IMG/VR virus record: IMGVR_UViG_3300033076_000358
Location: 1-33,845 of that record
DNA length: 33,845 bases
Direction: 5' to 3' (one strand)
DNA from: a virus
Lineage: Duplodnaviria; Caudoviricetes
How positions within the stretch are numbered: position 1 is the first letter of the stretch; every line of letters starts with the position of its first letter. The notes below the pieces were generated by a model. The model ran no database searches. It was not told the DNA's origin and saw nothing but the letters and a program-made list of their open reading frames with translations. The translations under genes were made by a program, and so were the position numbers. Shown piece after piece: positions 8,201 to 16,330 of this stretch.

Positions 8201-10323
8201 GCTCTAAGTTCTTTGTCACGGATAACACCGGCAGCCTGCTGTAGTAGTCCGTAGATGTCTCCACGGCTTAGTTTGAGGGTGTTTCTGCCTAGTGCTTTCG
8301 CTATGGCTTTGTCTTCTTCTCCACTCCACATGTCGAATGAGCGGGCGGCATATGGCTGTGCGGTTAGTGGGTTGTATCCTCGTTCGATAGCGTTTTCGAT
8401 TGCTGCAGCGTCGTTTCCTTCGCCTGCTAGGCGTCGTGCAGCCCATTCTAGACGGGATGCGAATAGCGACATGGAGATTCCAGACTTCTTTAAGAGGTCG
8501 CCTGTGATCTCTGAGGCTGGTAGTGCAAGGTTTCCGTCTGTTGAACGGCTCATTACTGAGCGTAGGCGTAGCCAGTCGTTGGCTGTGTTGTCTGCGTTCC
8601 AGACCATAGCCTTGTTTTTCTTTTGGAAGTCGCTCTGTTTACGCTGTAGGAACTTTACTTCTCTAACTTCATTCTTGCGTCCTACAGTTCCGCCACCTTT
8701 ACGTTTGGTTGGGGCTCCTTGGACTGGTGCGTCTTCGAGGGTTACTCGGCCGTTTCCGCTTTTTACTTGACGGAAGCCAATTGGCTGTGAGGTTGCTTCG
8801 TCTAGGTAGCGTAGGTAGTCTGCGTTGGCTGGATCTGCTACGAAAGCGTCCCAGGCTGAGTAGCCTCCGTCACCGTCTTGACGGCGGACTGCACTGATAA
8901 TGTCGTCAGATAGTTTCTGAATTGGTGCTGCAGCGGCTAGTTGTGCACGTCCCTTGGTTACAGCGAAGATTCTAGATGGGCCTTCTAGGGCCATTGTAGC
9001 CTCGTCAGCGGCTCTTGTAGCACTTAGTGGGGCAGACTTGGTTCCTGCTGCTTCTGCAGCGTTCTTGAGGGTCTCAGCGGACTGTTTGACCATTGTCTTG
9101 CGACGGGCTACCACATTCGATAGGGTGCGTCCTAGTCGTGCTGCTTCCTCAGCGAGGAACTGGTCAGCCTGTTCCTTAGAGATCTTCTTGTCGGCTTCTA
9201 GGGCCGCCTTCTTTAACGACAGTTGCTGTTCGAGCATGTCGCTACCGAGCCGTAATACTTCTTCGTCTGGGAGGTCTGTGCCTGCTTTTGCGAGGGTTTC
9301 GTCTAGGTTCCTAGCGTATGCTCTAGCGGCAGACTTTGAAGCCCAACGGTCGAAAGCAGCCTGGTGTGCTTCCTGAAAACCTCTACCCATTTCCTTAAGG
9401 ATATATACGTATGGGTTGGTGTTTTCGATAGTGTATTTTGGTGCAGATAGTTCAATCTTGTTTCCTGCACGAGTGCGTAGGAATTTACCGTCAACTTTTT
9501 CTAGCGGTGCATAGAATGGGCGAGGCTTGTTGATTACTTTTCCTGCTGCTGCTGCTTTGTCGGCTGCAGTAACATAGCGGGCTGCAGTGGCTACACCACG
9601 TCCAGCACCTTTAATTGCGGCACCCGCACCTACAGTTAGGTAGGTTGTTGGGTCTAGACCTGCGTCCAGGATGAATCCTAGAGTGTTTTTCGCAGTCCAT
9701 CCGCCGAATGGGGTGTCTAGGTATACGTCTTCGCTGACTTTAGGGATTCCTGCCCCTAGCCATTCTTCGCTGTTGATTAGTTGGTCGAAGCGGTCGTAGG
9801 TTTTTCCGCCAGTTAGTTTGGCAATTTCGTTTTTAGCGTCTGGAACGGCTGAGTAGGCTAAACCTTCGAAGGTTCCGATTGGTGCAGCCCACATACCTTT
9901 CCAGAATGCTCCGCCTAGGGCTCCCCAGTCGTCTGACTGTAGACCGTCTGATAGGGCTTTGTTTGCGTCTGCAACAGCAGATATAGTGTTTGCGGTGGTG
10001 TTTAGAATTGCACGGCCTAAACCTGTGAACATGCGGAAAGCCCAGCCTACTGCACCCCATTCGCTGTAGTCGGCTTTCTCGTTTAGAGGCTTGGTTGGTC
10101 CGCTAAGGGCGTCGCCGTAACTGCTGCTTGAAGATAGTGGGTTGCTGCTTGCTGTTCTTTGTCCTGGACCGATTAGGCGGGCTGCTTTATTAGAGTAGTT
10201 AGCCCATGCTCCACCAGTGAGTTTGTCGGCTTTCGCTGATCGGGTTGCGATACGTGCGTTCGACATGTCACGAACAGATGATGAAATCTTGTTCGCCTTC
10301 GATAGGTAAGAGTTGTCTGCCAT
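2212..10323 (-). CDS. Very large internal virion / DNA-ejection protein (2703 aa)
   Basis: Last gene of a podovirus-type structural operon. Ala/Lys/Glu-rich helical composition, hydrophobic N-terminal patches (LDPTTYLTVGAG) and C-terminal PKNWIQN and FVLFFTW segments reminiscent of podoviral ejection proteins. No catalytic motif recognised. Confidence 0.65.
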   Translation of the reverse strand: MADNSYLSKANKISSSVRDMSNARIATRSAKADKLTGGAWANYSNKAARLIGPGQRTASSNPLSSSSSYGDALSGPTKPLNEKADYSEWGAVGWAFRMFTGLGRAILNTTANTISAVADANKALSDGLQSDDWGALGGAFWKGMWAAPIGTFEGLAYSAVPDAKNEIAKLTGGKTYDRFDQLINSEEWLGAGIPKVSEDVYLDTPFGGWTAKNTLGFILDAGLDPTTYLTVGAGAAIKGAGRGVATAARYVTAADKAAAAGKVINKPRPFYAPLEKVDGKFLRTRAGNKIELSAPKYTIENTNPYVYILKEMGRGFQEAHQAAFDRWASKSAARAYARNLDETLAKAGTDLPDEEVLRLGSDMLEQQLSLKKAALEADKKISKEQADQFLAEEAARLGRTLSNVVARRKTMVKQSAETLKNAAEAAGTKSAPLSATRAADEATMALEGPSRIFAVTKGRAQLAAAAPIQKLSDDIISAVRRQDGDGGYSAWDAFVADPANADYLRYLDEATSQPIGFRQVKSGNGRVTLEDAPVQGAPTKRKGGGTVGRKNEVREVKFLQRKQSDFQKKNKAMVWNADNTANDWLRLRSVMSRSTDGNLALPASEITGDLLKKSGISMSLFASRLEWAARRLAGEGNDAAAIENAIERGYNPLTAQPYAARSFDMWSGEEDKAIAKALGRNTLKLSRGDIYGLLQQAAGVIRDKELRALLRRLGLRSESLSAIEGRVALDNIAEDLTAARMSQIVAAKKAIAKAIEKKTIKINIKGKPVTLTAAMVTKLTDNQVIDALDAGLRRNKLRSELVSQAELDLAIESVEKLAQAKLQAIMQLSRHGINVVGDTSNGSALLTAVTGTYNRKLGPVLRKGLDRIFTETKVGEAAKLKSEFLAYAWAASSHTRDSLDGGVFAEALDALAAKAGIPPLASFKTAESRAEALKLLAQTDEWTAYVTPPLLHSLEVRTRTIGKATGSSRAAVVIKNEEKRLTKKVEELLKYLEDDIYESKIALGKEYSRNKIILPYPRGKEADTSYLSIIIDEGRAVTGKDLVSEEFPEGIAAADRALKTNYISATKEVIDMFKNLPANPGMVPAVIKNGVAVAAAEGEKATHLIVDAVINSAKKKKYNALSKTERFFYDRLIAARYERAQNAAIEAIARKEAIRSIPLSLDKKALLSFIQREIKANSTSVARVEANINARFWHAYDMRIAETAADLRAIETPLHKFVVKSDGGVLDLVKEQKSFDRLVKKIEAAVEKDYPNLAKVEWDGEMSVLKVIETGNPNLFISWLRNKEILTVLDQDEWEIALRHMKNMTKLGGGGSRWRNYRELLDSYVDRKNSTLLPGQINPATGRPVPTEEQVATVLEALGVKDADKMLSKAEILKRSDILGLIRSAKKHISEEELKQAQMNDMFSNELFAAGDDIKAMSDALPAPEITVDQTLHMLTSAVNTLEEAGESWVVDIADLSAGRAFGTFTDMPGYIAKEEGTAVRPVANLVYEDFAGRMQRANVDKETAKTLPKKDQVFIKPNFDTYNLYTAWKEIIFQLENIAEGRKLAKNSPAWREFMTVYTKKVLQVRDLYFNARGIYPSSTINLSKGELANLAKITGKFGDEGLTKAEIEKLGKHAVYLTETDFMDVFGPVMSKEFFFTGRLDSLPITSMLPAARLLIIGMSALKEGMWFEADIISRLKGEMIDAMENAIRKIDRGKTEKGIKIKSLMNDEATLFNTRVKIETLVDHLLREDVADQLYRNHVARGGYAYKRLQYEAGVVTEPIFKGLFQLLDSKFTSDGMNIKAVEDAGRALNEAAGIVTNDPRVELIAKMDFGARIGARLQPHQAIIIKEIQKVEDLSAEAKSIQELQQGASEALDPILFQNMMFTNTMELINKNADDDLIYEFAVNLHAEKGTILKNLRMLGFLDRGLRMFASYGMDEVRHLADPIVMNTKTVTSEFAETVAKHAYAMKEKFGSFEERTGRNLSAEAFAAFQKMPDEVAQKAFDAMKRLEEIADAKASGLIEGMTKEEYSNLLDDVKLLDDYIPAEDSWLRDAAADLWILHSRMLAGAEKNFLTQATAYETRLFNKFLRDIGQGMGREITEIVDTKSGKAITNRKDAEIALKAGTATVQPKKVRDSYALQSIKDPEGFANQWREWEISNPLDLYVGLHTAGRKTLEVRIMGAELEKFGFPVESISKEEARAADLVEIVPPKNIPHGAEMLHYLPKGYYFPRALASEIQSLAKFMGDVKHLEANGTLEKALLKMQWIQDIAKKSMTNYTPKNWIQNTLGGVVANSLFLGVNSPLAYARGAEVMRSVGQAVDELGLDRKSIEGMLAKLDRRTAKGQIEFNPANDPLTSTSYTTKVQNKSVNIPVKTWWDMYTKYAGVVPHSQAGGVDALREAGMLGKVKKPNLYQRGDAFLARNAGTRDDWLRIVAFINIIQKGNWNSLEEAAAYAGKQVNRVHPQVQGLSTVNQKWTRNFVLFFTWRAKMLGTVLMDVLDKPGVANNILRFQQTMGEAQGAEYSGFGDFDPNNQLRPWYMRGNMSPTILNDQGRMASFTVSNPITDLLGQGSWLQGLRFNNQDPIEQQIGQVGYQTFDNFVTSSNPLLISLYTDWVDKKETQGGSPLLQNGRFTNKTVGLLVEDALSKIGWGPQHIMAAMLFPDIAKKASEDGMNKDALNRKHWIAINNWLSGMKLTELDTIEIRKKAVQEIIARRKDQAGL

Positions 10324-10342
10324 AATGCCTTCCTAAGGAATA

Positions 10343-10351
10343 ATTATAGCA
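10343..10351 (-). promoter_or_regulatory. Extended -10 promoter TGCTATAAT for the 2703-aa gene
   Basis: TGn+TATAAT in a 41-bp intergenic gap, upstream of SD AGGAAGG. Confidence 0.6.
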
Positions 10352-10364
10352 GTTTATTCACCAA

Positions 10365-11504
10365 CTATTGGCTGTTCGTATAACTTGGAACTACGCTAGA
10401 TTTAGACCAACCGATCTGCTTAGCGTATAGTTCTAGGTATGGGTCTAATGGCTGGTTTGGATCAGCGTTTGCAGCGTTGCTGTAATAGTTCAGCAACTTC
10501 TCCTGCATCATAGCGTTCCAACCACCCTCACCAGGGCTGTAAGTCTTTCCAGTTTCCTTATCTACGCCGTCAAAGATTGTTGGGCTCTGGTATCGGACAG
10601 ATGGATACTTGTCAAAGTATTCGTTGGCTTGACGCTGTGCATCAATCAACTTGTTCGCTCCAGGCTTAGTTAAATCAAACTGTTCCATAAGAGTGTTCTT
10701 TAATCGAGTCTTCTGGATTCCAAGAAGCATCGAGCCTTCTTCAGTCAGTTTGCGAACTGCCTGGCGAGACTTTTCCGAACGGATAGCGTTGTTAAGGTTG
10801 GTTGCTACACGATCATACTCTTGCTTCATAGCGGTAGTGGTCTGGTTTTGAGTGTTTCCTACTGCCGTCGCCATGTTTGCTCCACGCTCTGTAGCGAGGT
10901 TCTTTTGCGACGTTAATAGTCCCTGCCAGTTCTGGTTTTGACCTAGAACTGTTCCCATAGCCTCGTTTAGACGGCCGGTCGAACCGTAGTCGGTTAGTAG
11001 GGCCTCTTTGCTGATGCCTAGTTCGGCTGCGGCACGGTTACGGCGTTCCTGCTGTGCAGCAAGTTCGCTTGATAAACCTGCAACGTTTGCTTCTGCCATA
11101 GAGGAAGACTGTTGCATTCCAGCCTCATACGACTTACCTAGGGCTTCAGTGTCAGCCTTTACGTCGGTAGTCAACTGTCCATACATGTTTTCTACGTCTG
11201 CACGGTTAGTTTGGTAACGTTTCTGTGCGTCTTTACGTTGCTGAGTCAACTGGTTGATTAGGGCCCAGTTTGGTCCGCCAGTTAGGTAGGAGTATTCTCC
11301 GTAAATGTTGGCTTTTGCTTGTGCGTATGCGTCTAGAGGGTCTAGTAGCGGGGTAGCAGCAGCACCAGTTCTACGTTCTATAGCATCAGCGGATACGCCT
11401 GACGTCTTAGGGACTGGCTTAGGTTTTGGTGCTCCACCAAATAAGTTTTTGTAACTGTCCATGGTTACGCCAGTTCCAGTTAAGTTTATGTTTGATCCTG
11501 GCAT
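10365..11504 (-). CDS. Putative internal virion protein (Gln/Ala-rich, coiled-coil)
   Basis: Position between tail genes and the large ejection protein; composition. Confidence 0.55.
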   Translation of the reverse strand: MPGSNINLTGTGVTMDSYKNLFGGAPKPKPVPKTSGVSADAIERRTGAAATPLLDPLDAYAQAKANIYGEYSYLTGGPNWALINQLTQQRKDAQKRYQTNRADVENMYGQLTTDVKADTEALGKSYEAGMQQSSSMAEANVAGLSSELAAQQERRNRAAAELGISKEALLTDYGSTGRLNEAMGTVLGQNQNWQGLLTSQKNLATERGANMATAVGNTQNQTTTAMKQEYDRVATNLNNAIRSEKSRQAVRKLTEEGSMLLGIQKTRLKNTLMEQFDLTKPGANKLIDAQRQANEYFDKYPSVRYQSPTIFDGVDKETGKTYSPGEGGWNAMMQEKLLNYYSNAANADPNQPLDPYLELYAKQIGWSKSSVVPSYTNSQ

Positions 11505-11506
11505 GA

Positions 11507-12016
11507 TTAACCCTTAATCTCGTTCAGTTTTTTACCAGCCTCAGTGCCAATAAATTGGGCAATAAGTTGCTGAATAGCGTTATCTCTCGTAGCCTGTTCA
11601 CCAGTATCAGTAATCTTGTTCTGTTGAATAAGGTCTCGGAGGACAGTGTATTGTTCCTGTCTAGCATCTTGAGTGTCTGCATAAACCTTATCCTCAGCGG
11701 CTTGAGATCCGCCTGAGCGGAGCATGCCACGTGCAGCATAGTTGTTTGCTACATTCTTATAGGCATCTAATGACGTTCTATCAATCTTGGCAAGATTAGT
11801 TCTTAACTGCATTGCTGCAGCGTTCTCTTGATAGTTACGTAATGCACGGTTAGTTACTAATGGAATATCTGCGGCGTTAGCCTGCAACTGCTCTGGGATG
11901 CCTAGTTTGTAGGACTTTCCGCCCATGTTGTAGGTTCCTGGAGTAGGAACTGGCTGTGTTTTAACAATGTCGGACGTGCCAGTAATGTTAGAGTTTGGGG
12001 TAATGCCGTCAGCCAT
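11507..12016 (-). CDS. Putative internal virion protein
   Basis: NNYAARGMLRSG segment is typical of small podoviral ejection proteins; operon position. Confidence 0.55.
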   Translation of the reverse strand: MADGITPNSNITGTSDIVKTQPVPTPGTYNMGGKSYKLGIPEQLQANAADIPLVTNRALRNYQENAAAMQLRTNLAKIDRTSLDAYKNVANNYAARGMLRSGGSQAAEDKVYADTQDARQEQYTVLRDLIQQNKITDTGEQATRDNAIQQLIAQFIGTEAGKKLNEIKG

Positions 12017-12234
12017 TAACTCTTTCCAATCTGTCCGTTAGGTTTACTGAATAAACGTGCGTTATTTTTATTCTTAACCCATTTTAGCATAGCAGCGTTC
12101 TTTGCACGTTGCTTTGTTGAACGTTCTATATAGCCTTCTTTATCAAGTTTCATGCCAGTGTTTGGGCCGCTTACTCCGATACCGTAACGCTTTGCTCCTG
12201 CAGCGTATTTGTTGAATCCTGCTCCGCCGATCAT
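12016..12234 (-). CDS. Small basic hypothetical protein
   Basis: Start/stop overlaps with both neighbours. Confidence 0.6.
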   Translation of the reverse strand: MIGGAGFNKYAAGAKRYGIGVSGPNTGMKLDKEGYIERSTKQRAKNAAMLKWVKNKNNARLFSKPNGQIGKS

Positions 12235-13793
12235 GCTACATGTCCTATCGTCATTCGTCGTCCAGCCTGGATATACAGGACGATACCATCAATGGTTGAT
12301 GGTGAAGTGTATTGGGTGCCATCATTCTGGAATGATAGTTCAAACATTGCTCGCTTGAAGGTCTGTTTTCCAGAAATTTTAACTACGATTGGGACAGGGT
12401 TATAGGTTTGTAACCCGTTAATGAATACGGCTGGCGGTGCACCTTCTGGAGCCCAAAGGGTAGTTAACATGTCGTCCCAAGTATTGCTGGAGTTTTGGCT
12501 CCAAGAAAGCACTGCCGTGTCTTTATATTCGACAGGGGTCAATGTTGCTTTCAAGTAATCGACGATTGTTCCAGCGAACTCCCAACCGAATAGGCGTTTA
12601 AACTTTGTTGGCATACCCATATCGTATGAGGATGTGCGGATTGTGGCAGTGATGTATTCCTGGTCTGCCCCGTATTCAAGTTTCATACGGATAAGTTTGG
12701 GGGCTATGGTTGCCCCGCCAGTTTCAGTAGCGTGGACACCATAGGCTGTGATTGGTGAGCCTTCTGAGATGATCGTTCCGTAGGGGGCTTCTAGCATGTA
12801 GTAGGGGGCTAGGAGGCTAGTCCAGGTAGTCCAGGTTTTTGTTTCAGTGTTGTAGCAGTAGGTGATTCCTGAATACCATACGAGTAGGAATGGGCCGATC
12901 TTTGACAGGGCACTTTTAACATCCCAAGTTCCAGAGCCTTTAAACTCTACTTTTTGGGTGTTGTTGAATGGATAATAGTTGTATCCTGCGAAGTTGTATA
13001 GGGTTCCAGCGTAGAGGACAGCATACGTGTTGTCGATTGCTACGACTGAGAATTCGTTGTCGGCTCCGATAGATGTAGATAGTGCGGTTAATGCACCATC
13101 TGTTGGTTCGGCTGATGCACCAAATGCTAAACGCCAGGTAGAGTTTGTGCGGAAGATAAAGATCTCTGCGTTACCTTCAACGAATTTGACGATTCGCTGT
13201 CCGTCTCCTTCGCCAACTTTGATGAAGTTGTTGACAGGGAAGTCGTCTATTGAGGTTCCTGCAGAGGCACTGGTGATGTTGCTGTAACGGATTGTGGCAG
13301 TGTTCCCTAATGCACGGCTAGAAATATAGATACGGTCATACATTGCAAGTATCTGGTTACCTGCAGGCATACCGGACAGGTCAGTCCATGCGTAAGTTCC
13401 GCTTACTTTTGACCAGTATCCTCCAGCACCATCAGTGCGGACTAGGTAGAGTCTGTTGTTGTATGCGGTCATGTCGGCTGCACCATAACTCCAGATTTGC
13501 GTCCATGCACCAGTGGCGAAGTTAAAAATATAGGTTGCTGAGTTGTTTGCCACTACAGCGAAGGTTACGGAGTCTTCGTTTCGGAAGTTACCTAAGACAC
13601 GCATACGGCTAGCGTTTCCGCCAGGGAAGTCGTTTCCGACTGATACGAACGCTGGGCGGGTAGTTATTTTGCCGTTAGGGCTAATAATAACGTTGTTCGC
13701 TATAGATAGTTCGTTCTCGTTGATTAGGGTAGGGTTGCTGGCGTTGTTTAATCCGCCCGTAAAATTCGATAAAACAACACCTTCCCTAGCCAT
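12231..13793 (-). CDS. Tail tubular protein B / nozzle (beta-propeller-like)
   Basis: N-terminal NFTGGLN...N.....G...RP motif; RYSN, IFIFR and C-terminal K.FKR motifs typical of podoviral nozzle/stabilisation proteins. Confidence 0.75.
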   Translation of the reverse strand: MAREGVVLSNFTGGLNNASNPTLINENELSIANNVIISPNGKITTRPAFVSVGNDFPGGNASRMRVLGNFRNEDSVTFAVVANNSATYIFNFATGAWTQIWSYGAADMTAYNNRLYLVRTDGAGGYWSKVSGTYAWTDLSGMPAGNQILAMYDRIYISSRALGNTATIRYSNITSASAGTSIDDFPVNNFIKVGEGDGQRIVKFVEGNAEIFIFRTNSTWRLAFGASAEPTDGALTALSTSIGADNEFSVVAIDNTYAVLYAGTLYNFAGYNYYPFNNTQKVEFKGSGTWDVKSALSKIGPFLLVWYSGITYCYNTETKTWTTWTSLLAPYYMLEAPYGTIISEGSPITAYGVHATETGGATIAPKLIRMKLEYGADQEYITATIRTSSYDMGMPTKFKRLFGWEFAGTIVDYLKATLTPVEYKDTAVLSWSQNSSNTWDDMLTTLWAPEGAPPAVFINGLQTYNPVPIVVKISGKQTFKRAMFELSFQNDGTQYTSPSTIDGIVLYIQAGRRMTIGHVA

Positions 13794-14452
13794 TATTCGT
13801 CCTCAGGAAGAACGATCTTGGTAGGGTAAAAGTTCACGTCGGTAACGTTTTCTTGCGTCATGTGACGGTTCATTGAGTCACGGAAACGCTGATCCTGGTA
13901 GGACATTGCCTGCCAGTTTTCGTCTAAACGGTATGCCTGTCCTAGGACATAGTCGACTACCTGGTTGTAGAAGCGGTCTGGAACCTGCAATGTTTCTGTG
14001 ATGCTTGTAAGGTTTTGCGGGTAGGCGATGTAATACAGGGTTAAGGCTGCCGCACTATCTTCGTTAGCGGAAGGGTAAATGTATAGGTCGCCGTCCCATT
14101 CATACCAGACTTTAGGGTCACCAGTGGCCTCCATCTCAGGGTCATCAGAGTTGATGGTTTCCTGGGCGGATTGGAAAGTAATCGCACGTAAAGGGGTTCC
14201 CTTGTAGTGAATTCCCTGAATTTGATACACTGGACTATTGCTCGGTAGAGCATACAAGGTTTGTCCCTTTACGGCGTCTGCGGTTGCCGATCCTTTAAGC
14301 GACTGGTTACTGGTCGCAATTTCACGCTGTGCAGCGTTCACCCAACGGAGCAAGTCTACTTGCTTAAGTTCTACCAGTGCCTCGTCACCGAAGATGCGTT
14401 TGACGTCTTCAGCGACTTCGCTTGCTGTGCGTGTATAGGATTCTCTAGGCAT
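13793..14452 (-). CDS. Head-tail adaptor / tail tubular protein A
   Basis: LLRWVNAAQREI, GQTLYALP, GDPKVWY, LYIYP and YYIAYP motifs; located between capsid and nozzle genes. Confidence 0.75.
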   Translation of the reverse strand: MPRESYTRTASEVAEDVKRIFGDEALVELKQVDLLRWVNAAQREIATSNQSLKGSATADAVKGQTLYALPSNSPVYQIQGIHYKGTPLRAITFQSAQETINSDDPEMEATGDPKVWYEWDGDLYIYPSANEDSAAALTLYYIAYPQNLTSITETLQVPDRFYNQVVDYVLGQAYRLDENWQAMSYQDQRFRDSMNRHMTQENVTDVNFYPTKIVLPEDE

Positions 14453-14912
14453 TTGGGTCGAATAGTAACTTTCCGTTATGGCGGGCGTAATTCATCGTTA
14501 ATCCTAGTTTAGCAACATCTCGGGCTAATTCACGACGCTCAGCCATCATTTCCTCACGCTCTTTAATCTTCATGAACTCATGAGCAGCGTTTAATGCTTG
14601 GATGTCGTCGATGGAACCGCCAGACTGAGTAACGTCTGCAGAGATAATGTCTGCCATGATGCGTTCATCCAACTGCCATTCAGCATAGTTCTTTAGAACA
14701 TAGCGGTCTTTGTCGCCTTTAACGACGATAGAGTATGGGCGTTCCTTGTCAAACTGTGGGTGGCTAGGTTCCAATTTGCGAATATATAGGGCAGGGTCGT
14801 AGTCTGCTAGGACTCGTGCAAGGCGTTCACATCCTGTAGGGACGTCACGCATGCGGTCTAGTTCGCTGAAGTCTGAGATTAGACCTCTTTGGTTAAACAT
14901 TTCTATAGCCAT
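14445..14912 (-). CDS. Hypothetical protein (structural operon)
   Basis: Strong SD AGGAG; overlaps the adaptor start. Confidence 0.7.
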   Translation of the reverse strand: MAIEMFNQRGLISDFSELDRMRDVPTGCERLARVLADYDPALYIRKLEPSHPQFDKERPYSIVVKGDKDRYVLKNYAEWQLDERIMADIISADVTQSGGSIDDIQALNAAHEFMKIKEREEMMAERRELARDVAKLGLTMNYARHNGKLLFDPNA

Positions 14913-14929
14913 TTGTTTCTCCTAATAAG

Positions 14930-14973
14930 CCAAATGGGGCATAGGTTACGAGGATCACCTATGCCCCATTTGG
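14930..14973 (-). terminator. 17-bp perfect hairpin after the capsid gene (terminator/processing site; loop GATCCTCGTA)
   Basis: ccaaatggggcataggt (14930-14946) / acctatgccccatttgg (14957-14973); weak U-tract CTTATT on the - strand. Confidence 0.75.
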
Positions 14974-14983
14974 GGTTGTTTGG

Positions 14984-16237
14984 TTAGATACCTGAAGCGA
15001 TACCCGAGATTACACCGTGAGTGTTACGACGGTAGGTCGACAACTCCGAGTAACTACGTAGGTAAGCGATGAAGGCGTCACGACGTGGAACCTGCTTCCA
15101 CTTCGAACCGTCTTCGTCGATCCATTCCCAACCACGGTTAGTGTTTAGGTTGATCTTCTTCTGGTTTACAAACCACATCTTGCCTTCTGGGGCGTCAAAG
15201 TCAGCCTTGAAAGGTAGGTCACCGAACTCGGTTGCGAAACCAAGACCACGGTTACCACCCTCTAGGTCAACCTTGTTGACATAACGGCGGCGGTCCTGAA
15301 GGGCCTTCCAGTAACCGTTCCATGAACCGTGGTCGGTCCAGATAACGTCTGGCTTGTCGCCGTCCTCAGCAATCGAGGTCACCATAGCGATCATGTCCTC
15401 TTCGGTGATCTGCTGTGGGGTTCCCGATACAGAGATGTCCATCGTGTGGGCAGCCCATGCTGGGGTGGTGGCTGGGTCGATTCCGTGCAATGCAGTGCTG
15501 TCACTGATTAGTGCACCGAAGCCCGACCATTCCTTCTTCCAGTTGTTTACCTGGCTCGACGAGGTCGAGTTCGAGCGAACAACAGCCGAACCAACGGTAA
15601 CGCTCGATGCAAGGTTGCGGTCGAAGGTTACTACCTTAGTGGTCTTGTTGATTGCGGTGATGGTTACGTAACCACCAGTGTGGGCAGGGGATGGGACAGC
15701 GTTGCCTAGCGAAGCAGCGAGTAGAACGTCTACACGCATACCTACGTGAAGATACTTCACGCTGTCTAGTGCTAGGGTTGCTGCAGCAGAAGAGTTAGCG
15801 GTCTTGACCTTTGCTAGGGTTCCAGTGCCGTCACCGAAGATCTGGCGGTTCTGGTCCTTAGCGATGTCGTCACGGATACGCTCGATTTCTTCCGAGGTAA
15901 CGTCAGCGAAGGTCTGGTAGTTCTGCGAAGCCTGTGCCATAACCTGTCCGGTTAGACGCACGGAACCGTAGAACGACTTTAGACCAGTCTGGCCGTCGAC
16001 ATACTGCTGGTTGCCAGCCTCTGGTAGGTCTTCGTCCTCACCACGGGCACCAATACCAGTGTTACGACCTACGTGTGCAACGAACTTGACACCTAGACCA
16101 CCAACCTGAGTAATGTTGCGGGCAGTTGACTTAATACCATCCAGTGCTGGAGTTGCGTTGTTAATCTGCTCGTTAATGTCACCGTAAACATCCTTAAGGA
16201 TGACGTTGGCAATAGCGAGGTTCTGTCCTTCGGACAT
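14984..16237 (-). CDS. Major capsid protein
   Basis: ~417 aa, follows the scaffold gene. LKDVY, E.EDLPEAG.Q, RQIFGDGTG and R.NTHG.I motifs typical of HK97-fold podoviral MCPs. Start placed at the ATG after SD AGGAG. Confidence 0.88.
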   Translation of the reverse strand: MSEGQNLAIANVILKDVYGDINEQINNATPALDGIKSTARNITQVGGLGVKFVAHVGRNTGIGARGEDEDLPEAGNQQYVDGQTGLKSFYGSVRLTGQVMAQASQNYQTFADVTSEEIERIRDDIAKDQNRQIFGDGTGTLAKVKTANSSAAATLALDSVKYLHVGMRVDVLLAASLGNAVPSPAHTGGYVTITAINKTTKVVTFDRNLASSVTVGSAVVRSNSTSSSQVNNWKKEWSGFGALISDSTALHGIDPATTPAWAAHTMDISVSGTPQQITEEDMIAMVTSIAEDGDKPDVIWTDHGSWNGYWKALQDRRRYVNKVDLEGGNRGLGFATEFGDLPFKADFDAPEGKMWFVNQKKINLNTNRGWEWIDEDGSKWKQVPRRDAFIAYLRSYSELSTYRRNTHGVISGIASGI

Positions 16238-16318
16238 ACACACTCCTAAGTGTTGGATTGACTATTTATTAACTTCGTTCGCCCTGGCCCGTATTGGACT
16301 GTGCTCACTACTACTAAA

Positions 16319-16327
16319 AGTGTATCA
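16319..16327 (-). promoter_or_regulatory. Extended -10 promoter TGATACACT for the capsid gene
   Basis: TGn+TAnnnT directly after the scaffold stop, giving a ~75-nt leader. Confidence 0.55.
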
Positions 16328-16330
16328 CAA

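Noticed and set aside
2212-10323. Virion RNA polymerase
   Set aside because: No NADFDGD-like or clear T7/N4-type polymerase motifs recognised; the DGDG at RRQDGDGG lacks context.
14952-14960. GGATCACCT identical to the 16S rRNA 3' region
   Set aside because: Only 9 nt, on the strand opposite the operon; not an rRNA fragment, and chance cannot be excluded.
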